A DNA stretch of 64,000 nucleotides from a bacterium. GTDB lineage: Bacteria > JAMCPX01. Under the pieces are notes generated by a model. That model was not told the DNA's origin. It saw only the letters and a list, made by a program, of their open reading frames with translations, and made no database searches. The stretch spans positions 11,900-75,899 of the forward strand of contig JAJYUJ010000008.1 in the NCBI GenBank assembly GCA_021792615.1, read 5' to 3'. A program made the position numbers and the translations under genes. This document shows, in pieces, positions 9,538-19,010 of the stretch (position 1 is its first letter; each line of letters opens with the position of its first letter).

Positions 9538-11742
9538 ATGACGAAATATCAGGTAACCCAATGGTTTGAAACACATACGTTTCACAGCCAGGATTTCTCA
9601 AATCTCCAGTCTCTTTTACTGTTGAAACAAAAGAGGGGGCTGAAGATCAGCCTCTGCCTGCCGACACTGAATGAAGAGACAACCATAGGAAATATCATAA
9701 CAACATTAAAAACCGCACTCTACGATGATATCGGGCTGCTCGATGAGATCGTTGTGATCGACAGCGCTTCAAGCGACAAAACACGGGATATTGCACAAAC
9801 GCTCGGTGCAAAGGTTTACCTGCATAAGGATATCATGCCCTCGCTCGGCACCTATAAAGGCAAAGGCGAGGCACTGTTCAAAAGCCTGTACGTGCTCGAG
9901 GGCGATATCATCGTCTGGATAGATGCCGATATACGAAACATGGATCCGAGATTTGTCTATGGCCTTATAGGGCCGCTCCTGAGAAACGAGCACATCCTGT
10001 TTACCAAAGGGTTTTATGTCCGGCCCATTCTGTCCGGAAACGACCTGAAACCTGTTGGCGGCGGCAGGGTTACAGAGCTGCTTGCCCGGCCGCTTTTCAA
10101 TGCTTTTTACCCGGAGCTCGCCGGATTTATACAACCCCTCGCAGGCGAGTACGCCGGATTCAAGCACGTGTTCGGGCAAATCCCCTTCCCCACGGGATAT
10201 GGGGTGGAAACCGGTATGCTTATATCCTTGTTGAAACTTATCGGGATAGATGCAATGGCCCAGGTCGATCTGGAAATGCGAATACACAGAAACCAGAGAT
10301 TGACCGATCTGAGCAAAATGTCTTTCGGCATACTGCAAACCTTCATGAAAAGGCTACAGGAAGATAATAAGGTAGAACTCCATGAGAAACTGAACATGGA
10401 ATATTTTCAATCACTGTTGTCATCCGGCGTCAGTAAGATTGATAAATTGATGCTGGAAGAATACGAGCGCGCCCCCGTTGCATCACTGAAGCCTGTTGCA
10501 GAATCTCAACCTTTACCCCGCGTCAAGGTCTCGGCGGAGCAGGGCGATTTTGACATCATGATAGGTATTCCAAGTTTCAACAATGCAGATACCATTTCGC
10601 ATGTACTTGAAGCTGTGACCATCGGGGTTGAAAAATATTTTCCGTCGAGCCGCTGCATCATCATCAATTCCGACGGCGGGTCCAGTGACGGGACACCGGA
10701 TATCGTAAAAACATTCAAGCAAAGAAGTCCGAATATCGTCTACATGACCCATCCCCTGTTTACGGTCCATAAACTCTCTATCCCGTATACAGGCATTCCC
10801 GGGAAAGGCAGTGCCGTAAAACTCATACTGGAGAAAGCTGTGGAGTTCAAAGCAAAGGCATGTGTGCTTGTGGACGCTGACCTCCGCAGCATTTCCCCGG
10901 AGTGGCTGGAAAATCTGCTTGGTCCGGTTATTTATAATCAATACGATTTTGTCGCGCCCTATTATTCGCGGTATAAGTATGACGGTACGATAACGAACAT
11001 GATCGTTTATCCTCTTACAACCGCATTGTACGGTAAATCCCTCCGTCAACCGATAGGAGGGGATTTCTGCATATCTCAAAACCTATTTAAGCTGTATCTG
11101 GAGCAGCCTGTCTGGGCCACGGATATAGCACGGTTCGGCATTGATATATGGCTGTCGACGCTCGCCATTGCCGGAGGGCATCAGGTGTGCCAGTCTTATC
11201 TCGGCACCAAGATACATAAAGCCAAAGATCCCGCGCTGGATCTTGTAAATATGTTCATGCAGGTCGTCGGAACGACCTTCATGCTTATGGAGACATACGA
11301 CAAGGCTTGGGCTGGATTACATGATGTCGATCCAATACCTTTATACGGTTTTGTCTATGAGGCAGTACCCGAGCCGATCAGTGTTGATGTCGAAAGGATG
11401 CAGCGGCACTTCGACGAAGAATTGCCGGAGATTGACAATATACTGCGCATGATATTATCAAATGATGTATACGGGAACGTGATGGCGTTGATACATAAGA
11501 AAGAGTTCCCCGACGATCTCTGGGCAGCGGTCATCTACGAATTCGCCTACGCTTTTCATAAAAAAAAGATAGACAGGACATCATTGTTGAAAACCATGGT
11601 GCCGCTTTACCTCGGGAAGGTCGCATCTTTTGTATACAAGACCCTTTATTCGTCTGCAACGCAGGCCGAAGAATCCGTGGGGGACATCGTAAAGAGCTTT
11701 GTAAAACAAAAAAAGTATCTGGAGGATCTATGGAAAGGGTGA
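9538..11742 (+). CDS. Fusion of glucosyl-3-phosphoglycerate synthase (GpgS) and a glucosylglycerate synthase (Ggs)-like glycosyltransferase
   Basis: N-half GKGEAL, DAD, GGGRVTEL, QPLAGEYA, GYGVE, HRNQ (GpgS); C-half GIPSFNNA, SDGGSSDGT, PGKGSA, DADL, KYDGTITN, RQPIGGDF, RFGIDIW, KIHK (Ggs/Mgs-like). Confidence 0.85.
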   Translation: MTKYQVTQWFETHTFHSQDFSNLQSLLLLKQKRGLKISLCLPTLNEETTIGNIITTLKTALYDDIGLLDEIVVIDSASSDKTRDIAQTLGAKVYLHKDIMPSLGTYKGKGEALFKSLYVLEGDIIVWIDADIRNMDPRFVYGLIGPLLRNEHILFTKGFYVRPILSGNDLKPVGGGRVTELLARPLFNAFYPELAGFIQPLAGEYAGFKHVFGQIPFPTGYGVETGMLISLLKLIGIDAMAQVDLEMRIHRNQRLTDLSKMSFGILQTFMKRLQEDNKVELHEKLNMEYFQSLLSSGVSKIDKLMLEEYERAPVASLKPVAESQPLPRVKVSAEQGDFDIMIGIPSFNNADTISHVLEAVTIGVEKYFPSSRCIIINSDGGSSDGTPDIVKTFKQRSPNIVYMTHPLFTVHKLSIPYTGIPGKGSAVKLILEKAVEFKAKACVLVDADLRSISPEWLENLLGPVIYNQYDFVAPYYSRYKYDGTITNMIVYPLTTALYGKSLRQPIGGDFCISQNLFKLYLEQPVWATDIARFGIDIWLSTLAIAGGHQVCQSYLGTKIHKAKDPALDLVNMFMQVVGTTFMLMETYDKAWAGLHDVDPIPLYGFVYEAVPEPISVDVERMQRHFDEELPEIDNILRMILSNDVYGNVMALIHKKEFPDDLWAAVIYEFAYAFHKKKIDRTSLLKTMVPLYLGKVASFVYKTLYSSATQAEESVGDIVKSFVKQKKYLEDLWKG

Positions 11743-11839
11743 CCAGCCGTCCATGTAAGCCGGGGTCATCCCGGTCATGCAAGGCCGTTGAGCGGATACG
11801 AACGGCTCTTGCAAAATATTTGTTTAAAGGAGGACTACA

Positions 11840-12529
11840 ATGGAGTTTTTGAACACAATCATCATACAACCTTTTGTTGCCTGGTATCACACCGTGGTGA
11901 GCTATATACCGAATATCCTGACCATGCTGCTTGTCATTATAATAGGATTTATGCTTGCATGGCTTTTCAGACGGATTGCACGGTTTTTATTCAAGTTGCT
12001 GAAGGTCAACGAACTCGGTGAAAAAACCGGTCTTGCCGTAATATTCAGCGATAATTCTCTCAGCGGCATCGGTGAAAGATTCATTTATTGGTTTATCGTG
12101 TTCATTTTCCTCATGCTCGGTCTGAGCGCTCTGAAACTTGCACCTATTGATCACTTGATAACGGTTTTTTTCCTCTACCTGCCGAAACTCATTGCCGCTA
12201 TTGTCATATTCATTTCCGGTTATTTGCTCGCGGATTTCCTGGACCGTATCATGGTGCTTGCTGCGGTCGGCTCTCATCTACCCCATGCAAAAGCAATCGG
12301 CAGGCTGACAAAACTCGCCGTCGTCATATTCTTTGTGTTCATTTCTCTTGACCTGCTTGAGATAGGGAAAAACGTAATCGTCGCTGCGTTCTCCATCATT
12401 TTTGGCGGTGTTGTGCTGGGGCTTGCAATAGCATTCGGATTTGGTGCGAAGGACATTGTAAGGGCATGGCTTGAAAAGCAGATAAAGGATTCGAACAACC
12501 ACAAGGACGACGGCATATCGCACCTGTGA
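11840..12529 (+). CDS. CmpX-like TM-helix repeat / mechanosensitive-channel-associated membrane protein
   Basis: Two YxP-xx-A TM repeats; C-terminal LAIAFGFGAKD. Confidence 0.8.
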   Translation: MEFLNTIIIQPFVAWYHTVVSYIPNILTMLLVIIIGFMLAWLFRRIARFLFKLLKVNELGEKTGLAVIFSDNSLSGIGERFIYWFIVFIFLMLGLSALKLAPIDHLITVFFLYLPKLIAAIVIFISGYLLADFLDRIMVLAAVGSHLPHAKAIGRLTKLAVVIFFVFISLDLLEIGKNVIVAAFSIIFGGVVLGLAIAFGFGAKDIVRAWLEKQIKDSNNHKDDGISHL

Positions 12530-12573
12530 GGAATAAACCGAATTAAGTAAAGATACATTTATTCCTGCTCAAA

Positions 12574-12650
12574 TGGTGTGCCTGGCGCGATTCGAACGCG
12601 CGACCCACAGCTTAGAAGGCTGTTGCTCTATCCACCTGAGCTACAGGCAC
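12574..12650 (-). tRNA. tRNA-Arg(TCT)
   Basis: GTGCCTGTAGCTCAGGTGGATAGAGC..CTTCTAA..GTTCGAATC..CAGGCACACCA cloverleaf with encoded CCA. Confidence 0.96.
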
Positions 12651-12681
12651 ATCTTTCCGAAAGTAAATCATTCATACAACA

Positions 12682-12757
12682 TCGGGGCGAGCCGATTTGA
12701 ACGGCCGACCTCTTGCTCCCAAGGCAAGCGCTCTGGACCAGGCTGAGCTACGCCCCG
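12682..12757 (-). tRNA. tRNA-Pro(TGG)
   Basis: CGGGGCGTAGCTCAGCCTGG..CTTGC-CTTGGGA-GCAAG..GTTCAAATC..CGCCCCGA; CCA not encoded. Confidence 0.95.
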
Positions 12758-13030
12758 CTAATAATAATACCTACCAACTTTCCTGGTTAATCTCAACCTT
12801 GCCTTGTCCGCCCGCCCGCTCACCTTCTCGCGGGCGTGAACAAACCTGAGGCTCTTTCTTCATCACCTCGTTCACCCCAAGGCAAGCGCTCTGGACCAGG
12901 CTGAGCTACGCCCCGCTAATACATTACCTATCAAATTCTCTCAGCCTTCACCATAATTGCCTTGTCCGCCCGCCTGCTCACCTTCTCGCAGGCGTGAACA
13001 ATCGTGAGGCTCTTTCTTCATCGCCTCGTT
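12718..13030 (-). repeat. Two-unit tandem repeat (158-bp period): tRNA-Pro 5' half, variable spacer and structured element
   Basis: 12718-12763 is identical to 12876-12921; 12799-12872 resembles 12957-13030; the intervening 35-bp spacers have diverged. Confidence 0.9.
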
Positions 13031-13196
13031 TATTGCATATTAATAGTAACAACAATGACCGAGAAATGCAATACTGAAACCATACAATGATTATTTTCCT
13101 TTATTCAAGTACAACTCTACGTGCTATCCTGTACGGAGCTAGTTTAAGTACCGTTCTAAATAAATTATGTATTAAATTACATATAAGGAGAGTGCT

Positions 13197-13403
13197 ATGG
13201 CAAAGACAACCGTTGATATAGATGAGAATCTTTTAAAGGAAGCACGCAAAATCACCCATCTGAAAACGAAGAAGGCTATCATTGAAAGAGGCATCCGAGA
13301 ACTTCTGAGGATAAATTCTCAGGAGCTCTTGAAGCAGGAACTCGGATCTTTCGATATCGAACTTTCACTTGATGAACTAAACAAGAAAAGGAGGCAAATA
13401 TGA
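13197..13403 (+). CDS. VapB-type antitoxin (orphan)
   Basis: KTTVDIDENLLKEA..TKKAIIE RHH pattern; AAGGAG RBS. Confidence 0.8.
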   Translation: MAKTTVDIDENLLKEARKITHLKTKKAIIERGIRELLRINSQELLKQELGSFDIELSLDELNKKRRQI

Positions 13404-13640
13404 CCAGAAAAGGAACAACAGGCGTATGCCCAATCTGCGGGGGCACAAAAAAAGAGGTAAAACTACCTTTACAGCAGACATGGGTTCTGGCATCGTAGTA
13501 GTAAGGGACGTCCCTGCCACGATATGTTCCCAGTGCGGAGCAGATTGGATTAGAGACCCTGTTGCTGCAAAACTGGAGAAGATCGTTGAAGATACCCGAG
13601 AAAACATACTATTGTTGAAGCTACAACGCTGACCGTATAA
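13400..13640 (+). pseudogene. YgiT/MqsA-type zinc-finger protein, frameshifted
   Basis: CPICGG from ATG 13400 continues in another frame (GKTTFTAD..VRDVPATICSQCG) after an A7 run at 13447-13453; a second probable shift lies near 13600. Confidence 0.7.
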
Positions 13641-13840
13641 TGGCCGTTACAGAATTCGGAAAAAATCGAATGTTAAGTTCCCCGAGAATTCCCATAAGAA
13701 ATGTTATGTCAACTATTAATTTCGAATAAGTTAGAACTCTCCCAGAACCTCGTGATTGCCCCGTAATCACCCCATCACATCCGTGGCGCTGCCTTGCCCG
13801 TAGGTTATCCCTTATCAGATCCCATTATTTATTATGTTTC

Positions 13841-14473
13841 TTAATAATGATATAGAAGTGTAATATTTACTGACGTGGTACTTCCATCGCTACTAATCGG
13901 TAAGCTTACTGTTGTATTTGTTCCCCCTCCGGATACATTAATTTTATCATAAGCAAAGTAATGGTAGATTACTTCTGCGCCAAGAGACAGATAACTGGTT
14001 AAGTATCCTTCATACCCAATACCAAGATCGATTCCTATATTTGGATTTGCTGTATATGTCATTTTAGGATTTACATTAGATGTTTGCAATACGCGATTAA
14101 CATAGCCTCCACCGATTAAAAAGTATATGTTGTTTGTCTTATTCAAAGGAATTATAGGTTTTACATTCAAATACGGCAATTCCATAAAGCTCCACGAACC
14201 ATTTAAATTTTGAGGGGAGCTGAATCTGCCAATACCTTGATCATACCCTAACTCTAATGCCAGATAATCAATAAACTGATACCCACCTCTTATTGTCCAG
14301 CCAGGAGCCAGCGAATAACCATCTTCATTCGGGCCAGTTGGATTATCTATCCCAGCACCAACACCAACATATAGCCCATTATGATCGCCAGCAAATACAG
14401 AAGGTGTCATACAAAAACTTACTGTTAATAACGTAGCAACCATAATACTCGTAAACTGAACTATATTTTTCAT
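13841..14473 (-). CDS. Outer-membrane beta-barrel protein (OmpA-like transmembrane family)
   Basis: Signal peptide; GLYVGVGAG, GGYQF..LALELGY, terminal aromatic residue (LLYHY). Confidence 0.85.
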   Translation of the reverse strand: MKNIVQFTSIMVATLLTVSFCMTPSVFAGDHNGLYVGVGAGIDNPTGPNEDGYSLAPGWTIRGGYQFIDYLALELGYDQGIGRFSSPQNLNGSWSFMELPYLNVKPIIPLNKTNNIYFLIGGGYVNRVLQTSNVNPKMTYTANPNIGIDLGIGYEGYLTSYLSLGAEVIYHYFAYDKINVSGGGTNTTVSLPISSDGSTTSVNITLLYHY

Positions 14474-14513
14474 AGAGTCTGCCTCCTTTTCTTGGTGCTC
14501 TTATTGATATTCT

Positions 14514-16091
14514 TTAATATATTGCATAAAGGTAACCATCTGTTGAGGCAATATAGATCGTTCCATCTGCTCCGATTGCAGGGGAAGACGAGTAAATTGC
14601 TCCACCTGTTTGATATGTCCACCTTGGAAAACCTGTCGATTTAAATGCAAAGAGCTTGCCATCAGTGGAGCCTACATAGATTGTTCCATCTGCACCGATT
14701 GCTGGAGAAGATTGTATGGGTACAAATGTTACATATATCCATTTTAAAGTTCCATCGGGATTGATTGCATAAAAAAGTCCGCTTGCTGTACCAAAATATA
14801 TTGTTCCATCAGGACCTATGGCAGGGGCAGTTAAAGTAGTTTCTGTAATATCGCTGTCATAATAGTTCCATTGCTCGTCTCCATTTGAATTAATTGATAA
14901 AAGAGAACTGTATTCTATTCCGCCACCATATACGCTGAAGTAAGTACAACCACTTGTTCCTATTGCTGGAGGAGATGCAAGCCCGAACAATTCACCACGT
15001 GGAGCACTGCGCCATTCAGGTGTTCCATCGGGATCAGTGGCACTTTCTATTCCAGCTAGTTGTGTACCGTAAAGTATTCCATTAGTGTCTATTGCTGGTG
15101 CAGTATATGGATATAAAGGAATATCAAAGGAATTCAAATACATTTTAAGAGTACCATTAGAATTTATTGCAAGCAGATCTCCAGATAGATCTCGAGATAT
15201 TACTACATATATAGTTCCATCGGTTCCTATAGTAGGAGAAGAAGGAATAGCGGGGTATACACCAGTCAATGAAGGATGAATCAGTGAATACAAAGCTCCA
15301 ATTTGATAAGTCCATTTCAGAGTGCCATCTTGATTCAGGGCATACAGCATTTCTCCACCGTTGTTAGTGGAATAACCACTTACATAGATGGTTCCATCTT
15401 CTCCTATTGCTGCAACTGGAAAGATAAAATTTTCGGCGGCATAACCGTTTTGAAGTCCTGTACCTCTAATGTTAGATGAAATGTTCCATCCTGTTGAATA
15501 TGTCCATTTTAACCCACCTGTTGAATTCAATGCATACAATATCCCGTTATCGGCACAGATGATGTAGATTGTTCCACTTGCATCTATGGTAGGAGAACCG
15601 CATGCAATACCAATCTGATGCTTCCATCTGAGTGTACCCGTTGTTGAGCTTGTATCAACGCCGCTCAATCCGGTTTGTTCTAAATTCTGCATGTACTTGG
15701 GCCAGGGAGCATTCGTCTGAAGTTTAATGGGTCCTGTAGAAGTTTGTGTATCCAACTTTGTGGTTTCTTTTGTAAATGGAGATGATGAACCAGCATAGGT
15801 AACTGTAACTGTTGCATTCCCTGCATCTCCATACGTATATGGCGATGAGATTGCCACGGTCATATTATGACTATCCGTAGCTATGCTAAACCCATTTGTT
15901 GCGCCCCAAGTGTAATAAAGATTTGCTCCTTGAGGTGCATCTACGTTCACTGATAAAAGGATAATCCCTCCGGGTGCTGGCACTCCAGATTCTGTTATGT
16001 ATCGGATAATCAGTGGTTGATGTTGTGTGTTTTGCTTACCACAATTTATGAGGGCAAGAATACCCACGATGCATATAAAAACTTTTGGCAT
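14514..16091 (-). CDS. PQQ-like (BamB-type) beta-propeller lipoprotein with an N-terminal Ig/PKD-like domain
   Basis: LINC lipobox; repeats SSPAIGADGTIY..DG.LYA..GTLKW. Confidence 0.85.
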   Translation of the reverse strand: MPKVFICIVGILALINCGKQNTQHQPLIIRYITESGVPAPGGIILLSVNVDAPQGANLYYTWGATNGFSIATDSHNMTVAISSPYTYGDAGNATVTVTYAGSSSPFTKETTKLDTQTSTGPIKLQTNAPWPKYMQNLEQTGLSGVDTSSTTGTLRWKHQIGIACGSPTIDASGTIYIICADNGILYALNSTGGLKWTYSTGWNISSNIRGTGLQNGYAAENFIFPVAAIGEDGTIYVSGYSTNNGGEMLYALNQDGTLKWTYQIGALYSLIHPSLTGVYPAIPSSPTIGTDGTIYVVISRDLSGDLLAINSNGTLKMYLNSFDIPLYPYTAPAIDTNGILYGTQLAGIESATDPDGTPEWRSAPRGELFGLASPPAIGTSGCTYFSVYGGGIEYSSLLSINSNGDEQWNYYDSDITETTLTAPAIGPDGTIYFGTASGLFYAINPDGTLKWIYVTFVPIQSSPAIGADGTIYVGSTDGKLFAFKSTGFPRWTYQTGGAIYSSSPAIGADGTIYIASTDGYLYAIY

Positions 16092-16113
16092 ATTTTTTTC
16101 TTCTCAAGAATGC

Positions 16114-18999
16114 TTAGTATATACCACTCGGGAAAATTAGATTTATGCATGAGTTGTTTTGGTTATTTTCTATGCTTGATAAGAATATTTCGTCAAGCTT
16201 AGAAGGAGCATACTTAAACTCTCCATAATGATAAAACGCAGGACCTCCTTTACTAGGTGAATGTGGGACAAGAATAGGCTGGGAAATGGTGCCCTTGTTG
16301 TCCGTAGGACATAATGATTGTGGAAGAGTTTGAGATGCCATATAACCATATTCTTTTAGTGGCCCTATGACTGCATTGCTTATCTTTATTGCATTGGCTT
16401 TCATATTACTTGCAATTAGTGGATTCAATATAGCTTGTGAAAAGAATCCTTCGCATGCGCTATATAAATCAGTAGGGAGAGTGGGATCTACCACTATTGC
16501 TGCGGAACCTACTGCTGCTGATATTGCGGTGCATAGACCGTCTATTTGTTCTTGAGGAATCTTAACGGCTTGAACGGCAGCGTCTACAGAATCTGTAGAA
16601 AAATCTAATATATTACTTGTTGTGATATACGGCTCTAATTTAAGCGTCAGCCATGGCACATCAATCTCGGGAGTCATATTCCAAACTGGTCCATCAGACC
16701 ATCCAGCTTTGCATTGGGGATATCCTTGGCTCCAATCAACGGAGTAACACGGATTTTTCCACCAAGTTTTAATATACATGCTGACATTTATTTGTCTTGC
16801 TATTAAAGATATAGTTATACTTCCGTTATTGTTTGTAGTAATAATGGGGGAGCTGGAATTATCTAATGTGGCGGAGTCGATGATTATATTACCCTTTATC
16901 TGTACTCCAGCCTTAAAAGTATTAGTGGGATCTGGTTTTGCATTATTAGCATTACCTATTGTTGGGATAGTAGTATAAGCTGCCTTCTCCAGTTCTGTAA
17001 ATGGAACAAACCCACCATTGTAATAAGTTTGGCAACCACTATTGATGGTCGTTCCATTGAAGGTATAAACAACCTTCGGATCCCCCTTGGGACAGAGATA
17101 ATAACCCGGAACGAATGTCGATGGCCTGCATGACGGATCCACTTTTATTGAACATTCATAATCAAGTGGATCAATTAAATCAGGTGCACAATTTGGATTT
17201 ACCCATGTAGCTGTTGTAAATTCTTGATTACAATAATAAGTCTGGTTATCTGTGGTAGTTTGACCATGGGTATAATCATAATAAAGCTGAAGTATAACAG
17301 CTATGGCGTTATTCAGATTATTATCATTGATTTTTTGTTCCGCTTGATATAGAGGATTACTTGGGGACAACTCATAGGTGCCATTATCTTCCGTTATATC
17401 CTTAACCATTGAAGGGCATATCTGTCCTCCAATACTGTAATTGCCATTATTACACAATGGTAACAGAGTACTTAGAAGAGTGTTCAATAAGGACATGGGA
17501 CCCATATTTCCTATAAGAAGTTGGCATGGTTGATCCATGATACAGTTTTTATCATTGCTGCAATCGGAATAATTTTCGCAAAGGAATGGTACTACCTTAT
17601 TTGTTGGCTGGTAGTTGACTGTAATGAAATCGGTTCCTCTGTTTGTTCCCGCTGTGTTATAACCCGTTGCCACCAGTGTTTGTATACCAGGTTTTGTAAA
17701 TGGCACTACGCCACTCGTCGAGAAATTTATACCAGATGTCCCTGTGCTTGTAGTAGCACTGGTTGCAAGTATATTATTAGAAGGAGAAGTAATTGTTACA
17801 CTTGCAATATCAGAAGTAGCATCACCATATAAGCTAAACGGTGCGGTTATCGTGGGTATGTTCACATTGTCGCTTTGAGGATTGTCTATACGAATAGGCG
17901 ATGTGTGAAATGTCGTTACCTGGTCAGCTATACTATAATTGCTGCTCTCCAATGGGTTGGCAGATAAATCCTGATTACCTGCGAGCCCAGTAGGCATATT
18001 ACATTTTACCGTGGGATAAGTAAGCTTATACACTGTATCAATATCAAACCCATTTGCAGACGCTATTGTATAGCTGAATGGTTCATATGCTGGCCATTGA
18101 TTGTCCACGGTTAAGAATGTTGAAAATGTAGTATTCCAATTACCAAGCATAACATTACTATATCCTGCGTATTGACTACCGTCGACAGGAGAAAAATTCC
18201 CGCTGCTATCTTTCTTTTCAAATGCAAATTCTACAGGAGAATATAAGGTGCGTGAGAAATTCGTTGTAAACGGATAGTGTGGTGGGACGTTCATATAATC
18301 TGCATCTGGTAATGGTGCTAGTCCCATAGAACCTCCATTACCAGCTAACCAGTTCAAGAACAAGAAGAAATCGACTATACCTCCGGCAACAAGTACTTGA
18401 GCTCCAGACACAGCTCCAAACTCATTACCGTATTCGTATGATTTTACAGTCACTGGTGCACCATACTGCTGAACCGCTTCGAAAGTGTAGATGGTATTTA
18501 CCAGGGCATTGGGATTGTTTTCCAAGGAAATACCAGATTGGGTTTGTAGACCTCCATTATAGTTTACAAAAAAGTCAGCTTGTTCATACCATGCAATCTG
18601 CTGAAGATTTATCCATAAAGTAAGTTCCGTTCCTGTCGAATCAAATGAGCTATGCGTAAAATTAAGCCCAGTGACTATCCCTGCGCTGGGAAGTATTTCG
18701 ATTCCATTCATAACGAATGTTCCGGGTGCATATGTAGCCGTATTTATGGGGGAAATAAAATCTATTATTAACGCAAGTTGATTTGTAGGCTGAATCAATC
18801 TACCGCATTGTGGATATAGATGAACATCTTTTATATAATTCGCCATAAAGGCGGTATTCGGGGGTAAAGTCGTTGGAGTACAAGAGCCACCTCCACTATT
18901 AAAACTACAACCACCTCCAAATGTATTATTACACTGGACAGACGACATAATGAGTATGAACAAAACACCTATTGATAAGAGTAGATATGATCCCTTCAT
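16114..18999 (-). CDS. Large Cys-rich exported protein or lipoprotein of unknown function
   Basis: 961-aa ORF with GGAGG RBS, signal peptide ending SVQC and many paired Cys. Confidence 0.75.
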   Translation of the reverse strand: MKGSYLLLSIGVLFILIMSSVQCNNTFGGGCSFNSGGGSCTPTTLPPNTAFMANYIKDVHLYPQCGRLIQPTNQLALIIDFISPINTATYAPGTFVMNGIEILPSAGIVTGLNFTHSSFDSTGTELTLWINLQQIAWYEQADFFVNYNGGLQTQSGISLENNPNALVNTIYTFEAVQQYGAPVTVKSYEYGNEFGAVSGAQVLVAGGIVDFFLFLNWLAGNGGSMGLAPLPDADYMNVPPHYPFTTNFSRTLYSPVEFAFEKKDSSGNFSPVDGSQYAGYSNVMLGNWNTTFSTFLTVDNQWPAYEPFSYTIASANGFDIDTVYKLTYPTVKCNMPTGLAGNQDLSANPLESSNYSIADQVTTFHTSPIRIDNPQSDNVNIPTITAPFSLYGDATSDIASVTITSPSNNILATSATTSTGTSGINFSTSGVVPFTKPGIQTLVATGYNTAGTNRGTDFITVNYQPTNKVVPFLCENYSDCSNDKNCIMDQPCQLLIGNMGPMSLLNTLLSTLLPLCNNGNYSIGGQICPSMVKDITEDNGTYELSPSNPLYQAEQKINDNNLNNAIAVILQLYYDYTHGQTTTDNQTYYCNQEFTTATWVNPNCAPDLIDPLDYECSIKVDPSCRPSTFVPGYYLCPKGDPKVVYTFNGTTINSGCQTYYNGGFVPFTELEKAAYTTIPTIGNANNAKPDPTNTFKAGVQIKGNIIIDSATLDNSSSPIITTNNNGSITISLIARQINVSMYIKTWWKNPCYSVDWSQGYPQCKAGWSDGPVWNMTPEIDVPWLTLKLEPYITTSNILDFSTDSVDAAVQAVKIPQEQIDGLCTAISAAVGSAAIVVDPTLPTDLYSACEGFFSQAILNPLIASNMKANAIKISNAVIGPLKEYGYMASQTLPQSLCPTDNKGTISQPILVPHSPSKGGPAFYHYGEFKYAPSKLDEIFLSSIENNQNNSCINLIFPSGIY

Positions 19000-19010
19000 A
19001 AGTACCTCCC

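Noticed and set aside
12799-12915. Intact intron-containing tRNA-Pro or hammerhead ribozyme
   Set aside because: No T-arm or acceptor 3' half follows the insert; TGATGA and GAAA are present but not in a hammerhead core arrangement
13447-13453. Programmed -1 frameshift at A_AAA_AAA
   Set aside because: A second apparent frameshift downstream favours pseudogene decay or sequencing error
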